A DNA stretch of 24,000 bases from Granulicatella elegans ATCC 700633 (GTDB lineage: Bacteria > Bacillota > Bacilli > Lactobacillales > Aerococcaceae), in assembly GCF_000162475.2 (NCBI RefSeq), contig NZ_KI391971.1, forward strand, positions 134,057 to 158,056. The letters run 5' to 3'. The notes under the pieces were generated by a model. The model was not told the origin of the DNA, did not search any database, and was given only the letters and a program-made list of their open reading frames with translations. A program made the position numbers and the translations under genes. Shown piece after piece: positions 1 through 8,230 of this stretch; position 1 is the stretch's first letter; each line of letters opens with the position of its first letter.

Positions 1-768
1 TACCTCTTCTCTAAAAATGGTTGGGTACAATCTTACGGTATGCGTGGGGTAAAACCACCAATCATCTGGGGTGATGTCACTCGTCTTAACCCAATCACTG
101 TTAAATGGTCTAGCTATGCACAAAGCCGTACAAACAAACCTGTTAAGGGGATGTTGACTGGACCTGTTACAATTCTTAACTGGTCATTCCCACGTGAAGA
201 CATCTCTATCAAGGATTCTACTCTTCAAATCGCCCTTGCTATCAAGGATGAAGTGCTTGACCTTGAAGCTGCTGGTGTGAAAATCATCCAAATCGACGAG
301 GCTGCTCTTCGTGAGAAATTGCCACTCCGTCGTAGCGACTGGTATGAAGACTACCTTGACTGGGCTATTCCTGCCTTCCGTTTGGTACACTCAACAGTAG
401 CGCCAGATACACAAATCCACACTCACATGTGTTACTCAGAATTTACAGATATCATCCCAGCTATCGATAACATGGATGCGGACGTTATTTCCTTTGAAGC
501 TAGCCGTTCAAACCTTGAAATCTTGGACGAACTCAAAGCGAAAAACTTCCAAACTGAAGTGGGACCTGGGGTTTACGATATCCACTCACCTCGTGTGCCG
601 AACGAAGGCGAAATCGATAATACTATCGAAGCTATCCTTGCTAAAGTGCCAAGCAAGAAAGTTTGGATCAACCCTGACTGTGGTTTGAAAACACGTGGTA
701 TTCCAGAAACAAAAGAAAGCTTGATCCGCCTAGTTGAAGCAGCTAAAGCTGCGCGTGAGAAATTGTAA
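1..768 (+). CDS. metE: Cobalamin-independent methionine synthase (5-methyltetrahydropteroyltriglutamate-homocysteine methyltransferase), C-terminal part; 5' end lies outside the window
   Basis: Frame 1 is open from nt 1. The translation ([21 protein letters not shown] ... HTHMCYSEF ... NPDCGLKTR) matches the C-terminal catalytic half of MetE. Stop TAA at 766-768. Confidence 0.9.
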
Positions 769-829
769 GATTAGATTTCTCCCTACAACGGTTGTTCAAA
801 ATGAAATCAAAAAGAAAAGGATAAGGACT

Positions 830-1696
830 ATGTCACGCCAAACACCGTCACTCTCATTTGAAGTGTTCCCTCCAAACCCAGCAGTGGGTAATGATAAAAT
901 TATTTCATCCTTGCAGGACATGCAGGAGTTGGCTCCTCACTTTATCAGTGTAACTGCCAGCAATAATAAATTTAATATCAAGGAAACGACGGTTCGTTTG
1001 GCTGACTTTATCCAAAATGACTTGGCGATTCCGACTATTGCTCACTTGCCAGCCATCTATTTGACTAAGGACAAGGTGGCTGAAACTATTGCTGACTTGG
1101 ACAAGGTTGGGGTGCAGAAAATCTTGGCTCTTCGTGGGGATATTATTCCTGATGTGGAACCTCAAAAGGATTTCCGTTATGCAACTGACTTGATTGAGTT
1201 CATCAAGGAACAAGCTCCTCACTTTGATATTATCGGAGCATGCTATCCAGAAGGGCATCCGGATTCACCGAATCAGATTTCAGATATCCAAAATCTTAAG
1301 AAGAAAGTAGATGCAGGCTGTTCGAGCCTTGTAACTCAGCTTTTCTTTGACAATGAGCGCTTCTATGATTTCCAAGACAAGTGCATCTTGGCTGGGATTG
1401 ATGTTCCTATTCATGCAGGGATAATGCCAATTCTGAATCGAAATCAAGCTCTTCGCCTCTTGAAGACTTGTGAGAATATCCATATTCCACGTAAATTTAA
1501 AGCTATCTTAGACAAGTATGAGCATGACCCTGAGTCGCTCAGAGCAGCAGGACTTACCTATGCAGTGGACCAAATCGTGGACTTGGTAACTCAAGATGTT
1601 GCTGGAGTGCATCTCTACACCATGAACAATGCAGAAACAGCAAAATACATCCACCAAGCAACCCATGCCTTGTTTAATCATCAGTCTCTAGGATAA
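830..1696 (+). CDS. metF: 5,10-methylenetetrahydrofolate reductase
   Basis: ATG at 830 is preceded by AAAAGGA. The 288-aa product begins SLSFEVFPP, contains ALRGD and CYPEGHP, and is MetF-like. It sits directly downstream of metE, as in streptococci. The ORF-track start at 734 overlaps metE and is rejected. Confidence 0.85.
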   Translation: MSRQTPSLSFEVFPPNPAVGNDKIISSLQDMQELAPHFISVTASNNKFNIKETTVRLADFIQNDLAIPTIAHLPAIYLTKDKVAETIADLDKVGVQKILALRGDIIPDVEPQKDFRYATDLIEFIKEQAPHFDIIGACYPEGHPDSPNQISDIQNLKKKVDAGCSSLVTQLFFDNERFYDFQDKCILAGIDVPIHAGIMPILNRNQALRLLKTCENIHIPRKFKAILDKYEHDPESLRAAGLTYAVDQIVDLVTQDVAGVHLYTMNNAETAKYIHQATHALFNHQSLG

Positions 1697-1705
1697 TAAA
1701 AAGCA

Positions 1706-1742
1706 AACCATTCTTCTCAGGTGAGGGGAATGGTTCCTTTTT
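1706..1742 (+). terminator. Rho-independent terminator after metF
   Basis: AACCATTC (1706-1713) pairs with GAATGGTT (1728-1735), followed by CCTTTTT. Confidence 0.6.
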
Positions 1743-1866
1743 AATGGTAAAGACCGCACTTTTTAAGAAAAATATGATAAAATAGACTCTGTACGTACTT
1801 GATACAAAGATGAGGGTATTAAATAATACAATGCATTCAAACTGCAAGATTTAGCGACACGAGCGA

Positions 1867-1968
1867 GTCAAATCGATATTATTTGACGAGGGAGTTAGTA
1901 AAGCATTTAGCTAATCGCCCGATAGCGATTAGCGTGAAAGGTTGAGATACTTTAGTATCAAACCTTTC
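1867..1968. repeat. Cluster of three near-perfect hairpins in the metF-pnp intergenic region. Either a small interspersed repeat (MITE-like) or a structured pnp leader; identity unresolved.
   Basis: Hairpins at 1867-1887 (GTCAAAT/ATTTGAC), 1910-1933 (GCTAATCGC/GCGATTAGC, perfect 9 bp) and 1936-1968 (GAAAGGTTGAGATAC/GTATCAAACCTTTC, one bulge). No ORF covers them. Confidence 0.3.
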
Positions 1969-2045
1969 TAATGATTTGTATCTTGAGCAATTGAACCTGG
2001 CCGAAAAGCTGTGTAAAAAAGATAAACTATCTTGTCTTCATCTAA

Positions 2046-2115
2046 GACTTCGTCAGTTTCCTATTTTTACTTTGCTTTTGACGTCCTTGGTATCTTGATC
2101 TTTGTAGGCAAGGCG
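2046..2115. repeat. Degenerate BOX-like element (mitis-group streptococcal interspersed repeat), partial
   Basis: Contains GACTTCGTCAGTT and GGCAAGGCG. I recall both strings from pneumococcal BOX modules (compare BOXA1R primer CTACGGCAAGGCGACGCTGACG). The match is from memory and only partial. Confidence 0.3.
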
Positions 2116-2145
2116 TATAATTTCATCAATCCAAAGGGGATTAAA

Positions 2146-2301
2146 ATGACAAAACAAGTGTTTCAAACGACTTTTGCGGGTCGTGAGTTAATTGTAGAGA
2201 CTGGTCAGGTTGCTAAGCAAGCAAATGGCGCAGTTGTCGTGCGTTACGGTGAGTCAACTGTCTTGACTGCGGCCGTAATGTCTAAGAAGATGGCAAATTA
2301 G
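2146..2301 (+). pseudogene. pnp: Polynucleotide phosphorylase, 5' fragment only (first ~50 codons, then premature stop)
   Basis: [50 protein letters not shown] is the canonical streptococcal PNPase N-terminus. The expected continuation (TGDFFPLQVNYEEK...) is absent. The frame ends N-stop at 2299-2301, and the rest of the ~730-aa protein is nowhere in the window. Confidence 0.8.
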
Positions 2302-2423
2302 CTCAAAAAGAATGGATTGAGTTAAATCATAAATGGTATTACTTAAAATCAGGTGGTTACATGGCTAAAAATGAAGTTATTGACGGATATAAAGTCAATG
2401 CAGCTGGTGAATGGGTAAAATAA
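2292..2423 (+). pseudogene. 3' terminal fragment of a cell-wall-binding (choline-binding/CW_binding_1-type) repeat protein
   Basis: Frame 3 reads [43 protein letters not shown]-stop (TAA 2421-2423). This is the aromatic-rich ~20-aa repeat pattern (WYYL..G.M......Y.V...GEWV). There is no start codon or upstream part, and it begins exactly where pnp homology ends. Confidence 0.55.
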
Positions 2424-2551
2424 TCACTTAAGTGTTAGGATGAATTTTTATGAATTTTCCTTTATTTAGAGAATTAGATGATTCAATCAGTATATTGAGC
2501 AGAACTATTGTCATGCAAAAAAAAGTATGGTACTCTTTGTTTATAAAATAA

Positions 2552-2662
2552 CATTTTCGGGGCAAGGTGTAATTCCTTACCGGCGGTATAGTCCGCGAGC
2601 CAAACAGGCATGATCTGGTGCAATTCCAGAACCGATAGTGATAGTCTAGATGAGAGAAAATG
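2552..2662 (+). promoter_or_regulatory. FMN (RFN-element) riboswitch aptamer
   Basis: Conserved RFN core: TTCGGGGCAAGGTGTAATTCCTTACCGGCGGTATAGTCCGCGAGC ... TGGTGCAATTCCAGAACCGATAGTGATAGTCTAGATGAGAGAA. P1 is formed by CATTTTC (2552-2558) and GAAAATG (2656-2662). It lies upstream of a riboflavin transporter gene. Confidence 0.85.
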
Positions 2663-2708
2663 GTTATATTTCACGTTCGAAGATACCAATCAATTTGATA
2701 TATAAGAA

Positions 2709-2750
2709 TGCAGCGATGAAATGTAGACCATTTTGTTGCTGCATTTTTTT
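2709..2750 (+). terminator. Riboswitch expression-platform terminator
   Basis: TGCAGC (2709-2714) pairs with GCTGCA (2738-2743), with further inner pairing (GAAATG/CATTTT), followed by a T7 run at 2744-2750. It sits between the aptamer and the ribU RBS. Confidence 0.7.
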
Positions 2751-2828
2751 GTGCAGTTATACAAATGAAATGGAACAAGAATGTGAGAAACCATCCGATC
2801 CTTCACCCGGTTAAGGAGGAGATGTACG

Positions 2829-3449
2829 ATGAGTACAAATGCAAAAACAGTGTCACGTTATGCGACAAAACAAATCATTTTAGTAGGACTATTCGGTGCG
2901 TTAAGTACGATTCTAATGTTATTAGAATTTAGTCTTCCATTTATTCCACCATTTGTTAAAATGGATTTTTCTGAATTACCTGTTATTTTAGGAGGTTATT
3001 TATTAGGACCATTATATGGTGCGTATATTGCGATTGTAAAAGTTGCATTGAATTTTGTTTTAAATGGAACAACAACATTTGGGATTGGCGAAACAGTTAA
3101 CTTAATTGGAAGTTTAAGTTTCATGTTGCCAGCAGTATTTTATTATAAATATCACCGTACATTTAAAGGAGCGATTACAAGTTTAGTGATTGGTACAGCT
3201 ACTGCAACAGTAGTATTATTAACAGCCAATTATTTTGTAATTTTCCCATTATATGCAACAGCAATGCATTTCCCAATTGAAAAAATTGTTGCACTTGCAG
3301 CTACTACAAACCCATTTGTTACAAATTTATGGACATTAATGCTATTTGCCTTATTACCATTTAATGTATTAAAATTTGGCTTAAGCAGTGTACTATCGTT
3401 AATGCTTTATAAAAAAGTTGAAAAAGTATTAAAATTAGAAAAACAATAA
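2829..3449 (+). CDS. ribU: Riboflavin transporter, ECF-type S component
   Basis: RBS AAGGAGGAG lies upstream. The 206-aa polytopic membrane protein contains LLEFSLPFIPPFVKMDFSELPVILGG, which is RibU-like. It is controlled by the FMN riboswitch. Confidence 0.8.
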   Translation: MSTNAKTVSRYATKQIILVGLFGALSTILMLLEFSLPFIPPFVKMDFSELPVILGGYLLGPLYGAYIAIVKVALNFVLNGTTTFGIGETVNLIGSLSFMLPAVFYYKYHRTFKGAITSLVIGTATATVVLLTANYFVIFPLYATAMHFPIEKIVALAATTNPFVTNLWTLMLFALLPFNVLKFGLSSVLSLMLYKKVEKVLKLEKQ

Positions 3450-3471
3450 ATTTAATAAACCCACTACCCAG

Positions 3472-3510
3472 AACTTGTTAGAAATAACTGCCATTTCTAA
3501 CAAGTTTTTT
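3472..3510 (+). terminator. Rho-independent terminator after ribU
   Basis: Perfect 14-bp stem AACTTGTTAGAAAT/ATTTCTAACAAGTT with a 7-nt loop, then TTTT. Confidence 0.75.
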
Positions 3511-3602
3511 GTTGGAAAAATTTTGATCAAATTTACTTGTCCTTTTACTGTATTTAGTATAAACTAACCAAAAAAATGAATAAGGATTAGAGGTGTTATC
3601 GT

Positions 3603-3878
3603 ATGAAAGAGGAAAATATTTCTAGATTTATGAGGGATGGAAAGATTACTGTTCTTCCTAAAAAACAGAAAAATAAAATAGAAATCTTTGAATTTATTTA
3701 TAATCATTTAAAGAATCATTCAGAGACGTATACTGAAAAAGAATTGAATGAAAAAATTAAGGAATTATATGATGATTTTGCTACAATGCGTCGCTATTTA
3801 GTAGACTATAAATTTGTCATTAGGGATAACTATGGCAAAAATTATCAACTGAATCCAGAGGTTGAATTAGAAAATTAA
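3603..3878 (+). CDS. DUF2087 domain protein
   Basis: RBS AGAGGTG. The 91-aa product has the DUF2087-type pattern (F..DGKI.VLPKK.K.K...F..I.......YTEKE.N......DFA..RRYLVD...). The family call is from memory. Confidence 0.55.
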   Translation: MKEENISRFMRDGKITVLPKKQKNKIEIFEFIYNHLKNHSETYTEKELNEKIKELYDDFATMRRYLVDYKFVIRDNYGKNYQLNPEVELEN

Positions 3879-3891
3879 ATACAAAAATAGG

Positions 3892-3923
3892 AAACGGTAG
3901 AGGAAAAGGCTCTATCGTTTTTT
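3892..3923 (+). terminator. Probable terminator after the DUF2087 gene
   Basis: AAACGGTAGAG/CTCTATCGTTT stem (one mismatch) followed by a T run. Confidence 0.5.
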
Positions 3924-4073
3924 GATGCATTAAAGATAGCTCGTGAATTACCATAAACTGACAGCCATTTTGACTATAGTCGATAAAAGCGTCAAAGTGA
4001 TAGCTTTACTAGTATTTTGGAGAAAAATACGGTAGGATGGATAGCGGAATAAATGAAAGTTGAGGAGTAGAAT

Positions 4074-5543
4074 ATGAAAAAAGAAACGCGAAGTTTGGTT
4101 CAAACGGTCGCAATAGTGTTAAGTATCCTTTTTATCGTTCTTGCGATGGTTAATTCGCATTTTGATTGGCAATTATTAGCGATACCTGGAAGTGCATTTG
4201 CCTTATTATCGATTTTTATGAGTTGTTTATTATTGTGGTTATTTGTAGGAATTGATTGGCCAAGTGTTTTATGTTTAGTCTTATTAGGACTTGGGTGGCT
4301 TCCAAAAGTAACGTATAGTCAAGTGTTTTCTCTTTCTTTTGGGAACAGTACATTTGTTTTCTTATTATTTACCTTTATAGTAACGTATGCTTTAGAACAG
4401 ACTCCTGCTTTGAAACGGTTAGTCGGTTGGTTTTTAAAAACGAATTTTGCAAAGAAAAGTCCGAGTCATTTTTTAGGAGCCTTTTTAGGAGCGGTATTAG
4501 TTATTAGTTGTTTTATTTCACCGACGATTTTATTTATGATTGTCTTTCCAATTTATGAAGAGATGATGGAAGTATTTGGATTAGAAAAAGGGAGTCGACA
4601 AGCATCCTTTATTTTAATTACATTATTTTCGACTATTGCGATTGGAACGGCGATGACGCCGATTAATCATGTCTTTGCGATTACGGCAATGGGATTGTAT
4701 CATACAGCAACTAGTGTAAGTATTTCGAATATCCAATATATGGGAATTGCAATGCCTGCAGGAATTTGTATTTTTATTGGAATGTTGGCAAGTTTACACC
4801 GCTTATGGAAATTAGATTTATCAGAAGTGACTTTTCAAAGTCTAGAATCCTTGGAAAATTTACCAAAAGTAACAAAAAAAGAAAGATGGATTGTTTCTAT
4901 TTTTTCAATTGTGATTGCTTTGTGGATTATTCCGGAATGGTTAGGAATTCTTTCACCTAGTGTGGCAGCTTTCTTAAAATCTGCGGGGATGGCATTCCCA
5001 CCAATGATTGGAGCTGTATTATTAGCTTGTATCCGTGAAGATGGAAAACCGTTAATGTCGATTCAAGAGGCGTTAACACATGGCGTTTACTGGCCAAGTT
5101 TATTATTAGTTGGTGCAACTTTAAGTTTAGGAACTTTATTAACGAAACCAGAATTAGGTGTATTACCTTTAATTGAAAGTGGGTTAACTCCATTATTTCA
5201 TCAATGGAGTGCGATGATAATTGTCATTGTCTTTGTCATTTGGGCGGGACTTCAAACGAATTTTTCGTCGAATTTAGTAACCGTTTCGGTTGTGACAACT
5301 GTGTTAACAACGATTGCAGCTAGTACAGATTTAGGAATTCATACAGCAGTTGTTGCTTGCTTAATTGGTTTTATGGCAAGTTTAGCTTATATGACTCCAC
5401 CAGCAATGCCTTATGTAGCTATTTCTGTTGGTAGTGGTTGGACGAGTTCAAAAGATGCCTTTTTATATGGTGGATGGTTATTAGTGTTAAGTATTGTAAG
5501 TGCCGTCGCAATCGGGTATCCATTAGGAACTTTATGGATGTAA
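4074..5543 (+). CDS. Anion/dicarboxylate-type permease of the ion-transporter superfamily (DASS/SLC13-like)
   Basis: RBS GAGGAG. The 489-aa protein has about 12 or more hydrophobic segments and an FSSNLVTVS hairpin-tip-like motif. The family assignment is approximate. Confidence 0.55.
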   Translation: MKKETRSLVQTVAIVLSILFIVLAMVNSHFDWQLLAIPGSAFALLSIFMSCLLLWLFVGIDWPSVLCLVLLGLGWLPKVTYSQVFSLSFGNSTFVFLLFTFIVTYALEQTPALKRLVGWFLKTNFAKKSPSHFLGAFLGAVLVISCFISPTILFMIVFPIYEEMMEVFGLEKGSRQASFILITLFSTIAIGTAMTPINHVFAITAMGLYHTATSVSISNIQYMGIAMPAGICIFIGMLASLHRLWKLDLSEVTFQSLESLENLPKVTKKERWIVSIFSIVIALWIIPEWLGILSPSVAAFLKSAGMAFPPMIGAVLLACIREDGKPLMSIQEALTHGVYWPSLLLVGATLSLGTLLTKPELGVLPLIESGLTPLFHQWSAMIIVIVFVIWAGLQTNFSSNLVTVSVVTTVLTTIAASTDLGIHTAVVACLIGFMASLAYMTPPAMPYVAISVGSGWTSSKDAFLYGGWLLVLSIVSAVAIGYPLGTLWM

Positions 5544-5558
5544 GAAAGGGGAAAATTG

Positions 5559-5831
5559 ATGTTAGAAGAACAACGTCAGAAAATTGATCAAATTGATCGC
5601 CAAATTGTTGCGTTATTTGAAGAACGTACTAATGTAGTAGAAGAAGTAGCAAAAATTAAATTAGACAACGATATTCCGATTTTAGATAGTGGACGTGAGG
5701 AACAAGTGATTTTGAAAGTTCAATCGTATTTAAAAGATGAGTCTTTAAAAGATGAGTTAGCTGAACTTTATACTGAATTAATGCGTATTTCTCGCAAACA
5801 TCAAAAAAAATGGATTGAAAAACAAGGATAA
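5559..5831 (+). CDS. Chorismate mutase, AroQ (type II) class, standalone
   Basis: ATG at 5559 lies 7 nt after AAAGGGG. The N-terminus RQKIDQIDRQIVALFEERTNVV fits the AroQ R..ID..D..I..L...R helix. It starts 15 nt after the permease stop. Confidence 0.75.
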   Translation: MLEEQRQKIDQIDRQIVALFEERTNVVEEVAKIKLDNDIPILDSGREEQVILKVQSYLKDESLKDELAELYTELMRISRKHQKKWIEKQG

Positions 5832-5911
5832 TTAAAACAGGAATACTCCAATCGCTTTAAAGAAAGTGGGAGAAAAAAAGTATTAGGTTTATAGAAAGAT
5901 TGGAGATAATA

Positions 5912-6390
5912 ATGGAAATAAATCATAAGACTTTTGGTAAAATAAAATTTAATTACGGTTGGACAAAAGATATTTCTCTAGATATTTTCAATAAGCACCA
6001 CGTTTTGGAAATTAATATTGATGCGGATGAAGATGCTGAGTTTGAAATTAATCAGGAAAAAGCGTATATATTTTTCAATAATCACTTAGATGAAATAGTA
6101 AAAGAGGCAGATTCTGCAATTATATCATATTACAATCGTGAAATATCAAATATTGTTTCAAGCTACACGAATCATAATGAAAAAAATATTATTTAGATAT
6201 AAACGGAGACGAAGATAAGATTTATTCTTTGTTGCAACCTAAGCAAATCATGTTTCCTTTAACTTTTGATGAAAATATTGAAGAGTTTGGTTTTTTATGT
6301 GAGTGTGATTGGGATAAAGAAAATGGCATAGGAATAAAATTTGTTAATGGTGTATTATCCGAAATTGGTTATCAGGATATACTGCTATAA
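5912..6390 (+). pseudogene. Immunity-type small cytoplasmic protein, frameshifted in a poly-A tract (would be ~160 aa if intact)
   Basis: ATG 5912 follows GGAG and the frame stops at 6194-6196. The next frame continues LDINGDEDKIYSLLQPKQIMFPLTFDENIEEFGFLCECDWDKENGIGIKFVNGVLSEIGYQDILL-stop (6388-6390). That C-terminus is typical of polymorphic-toxin immunity families (family name uncertain). The shift must lie in 6181-6193, which includes the A7 run. Confidence 0.5.
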
Positions 6391-6610
6391 TGATTTGTAG
6401 TTTTTATATTTATTGTATTAAGAAAAGTACGTATTGATTCCATTTTATTGGTTATTTGATTTATACTATATTGGCGAGTAATAGAATTAGTAAAGAAGGA
6501 AAAGAATTTGTATCCAAAATAACTGGATATACTCTAGAAAATGAAGATGATTTTGTTCAAGGTAATAAAGAAGAAATAACAAACATTTAGATGAAAGGTT
6601 TAGAGTAAAT

Positions 6611-7102
6611 ATGAGTCTCTTATTTGAAGAATTTAAAACCATTTGTTTCCATTTAAATCGAGTCGGAATTACACCAACACTGATGGGTTCTTTGGGATTG
6701 GAGTTTAGAACGAAAGAAAATTGGGAGCCGTCTGACATTGACATTCATGTGCCTGGTGATCCTAGAGGTTGGGAAGCGCCTGATCATATCAGAATTTATG
6801 ACTGGGACAAGATAATGAAAGTGATGAAAGACTTAGGCTACGTCTTAATAGATATTCATGAGCATGAATTCCAAAAGGATAGAGTGAGTGTTGAATTTGG
6901 AAGTATCAATTCCTTACCTGATTTTGCAGGAGTTTCGGAATCGGATATAGAGCTTATTCACATTGAAAGCATCACATTTCGTCTTCCAAGTCTGGAGCAG
7001 TATCTAAGTATTTACAAAGCTTCTTCTCAAGACTCTTATCGAAATGATCACAATAACAATAAGGATTTTAAAAAGATCGAGTGGCTGGAAAGACATTTGT
7101 AA
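6611..7102 (+). CDS. Small nucleotidyltransferase-fold-like protein (GS...DxD motif), function unknown
   Basis: 163-aa ORF. MGSLGLEFRTKENWEPSDIDIHV resembles the G[SG]-Xn-DxD signature of minimal pol-beta-type nucleotidyltransferases. Its size is similar to Lnu-type enzymes. The RBS is weak. Confidence 0.4.
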   Translation: MSLLFEEFKTICFHLNRVGITPTLMGSLGLEFRTKENWEPSDIDIHVPGDPRGWEAPDHIRIYDWDKIMKVMKDLGYVLIDIHEHEFQKDRVSVEFGSINSLPDFAGVSESDIELIHIESITFRLPSLEQYLSIYKASSQDSYRNDHNNNKDFKKIEWLERHL

Positions 7103-7134
7103 ATTATCATATGAAAAGTAGTAAGTTGTAAGAC

Positions 7135-7416
7135 TGGCTACAAAATAATGATCCAAATGTTAGAAGAGCTGTTACAGAAGGTTTGAGAATATGGACGAGT
7201 AGACCATATTTCAAAGAGAATCCATATGAAGCGGTTAGACATATTTCAGCATTAAAAGAAGATTCCAGTGAATATGTTAGAAAATCAGTTGATAATGCTT
7301 TGAGGGACATTAGCAAAAAAATTCCAGCGTTGATTAAAGAAGAACTTGATGGGTGGGATGTTAATAGTAAAGAAATTCAACAAGTTTACAAGTTAGCAAG
7401 TAAATTTATTAAGTGA
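7135..7416 (+). pseudogene. 3' remnant of a DNA alkylation repair (AlkD-like HEAT-repeat) protein
   Basis: WLQNNDPNVRRAVTEGLRIWTSRPYFKENP...SEYVRKSVDNALRDISKKIPALI matches only the C-terminal third of that family. An in-frame TAA lies immediately upstream (7129-7131), and there is no N-terminal part. Confidence 0.6.
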
Positions 7417-7732
7417 CAATTATAAGCTATTAAGTTGAAAAAAGGGAACTATAAAATATTCTCACTCTAAAATTTAATTTTAAACAACAACTCAGTTACT
7501 TTCGTTCTATAATATTGAAGTTTGCTAGCACCAAAAGTTGTTGGTAGAGCTACGAAAGACCAGATTATATTTGATATCATTGGCTTGACTATCTACTTGA
7601 CTATCAAAAAAGAGGTTCCCCCAAGCTGAGTCAACATTTTATGATGATTTGAATGCTTTATACCAAGCAGGCTACATTCCTTGCGGTTATATCAAGTGGT
7701 ACTATAAGGTTTTATAATTTGAAGATAAATTT

Positions 7733-8155
7733 ATGGAAGTTCAGGCTAGTATGATTTCGCTAGCAATGGAATATGTCCAAAATCAAGCAGAAAAAGTATA
7801 TATTTATTGTATTTCTGAAGAAGCATTACTTTCTTTTGATTTTTTTTATAAAATTAATGGAATTTTGACAAAAATGTATGCAGTGAATGAAATTATTAAT
7901 AGAAAAGTAGACACGTCAAAAAATATGATGGTAACAGTACAACGCTTTGGTCTTGAAGATATACAAAAAATGCTTGATGTTTGCCAAGAATACAATCGTG
8001 AACACCCAACTGAAATGTGGTTGATTTATGATTCACAGAAAAACAGCCTTGACAGTCGCTATAGCTATGAAGGACGTTATGAGAAGGATGAAGAGTTGCT
8101 TCCACGACTAGAATTTGAAAAATGGTTTGAGGAAGTGAAAGGTGAGCAACTGTAG
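7733..8155 (+). CDS. Putative antitoxin/immunity protein, YezG (DUF600)-like
   Basis: 140-aa acidic cytoplasmic protein. KVYIYCISEE..LSFDFFYK ... HPTEMWLIYD ... YSYEGRY ... EFEKWF resembles the YezG/DUF600 layout found next to LXG toxins. The call is from memory and the RBS is weak. Confidence 0.45.
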   Translation: MEVQASMISLAMEYVQNQAEKVYIYCISEEALLSFDFFYKINGILTKMYAVNEIINRKVDTSKNMMVTVQRFGLEDIQKMLDVCQEYNREHPTEMWLIYDSQKNSLDSRYSYEGRYEKDEELLPRLEFEKWFEEVKGEQL

Positions 8156-8230
8156 GAGACAAGATGATGACAGAACAATTACAAAATATCTATCTATATG
8201 TTCACTTAACTTATTAAATTAGGAGTATAT

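Noticed and set aside
1762-1783. CiaR-type box (TTTAAG-N5-TTTAAG) suggesting a csRNA promoter
   Set aside because: Only one TTTAAG half-site is present. The position of the second repeat reads TATGAT and overlaps the -10 region. No terminator-bounded small RNA follows.
2032-2145. N-terminal extension of the pnp ORF in the ORF track ([14 protein letters not shown]...)
   Set aside because: PNPase homology begins exactly at ATG 2146. The upstream part runs through repeat-like intergenic DNA, uses a non-ATG start and has no RBS.
2483-2689. 68-aa minus-strand ORF
   Set aside because: It lies entirely antisense to the FMN riboswitch aptamer. The conserved RFN sequence explains the region, and the ORF has no RBS.
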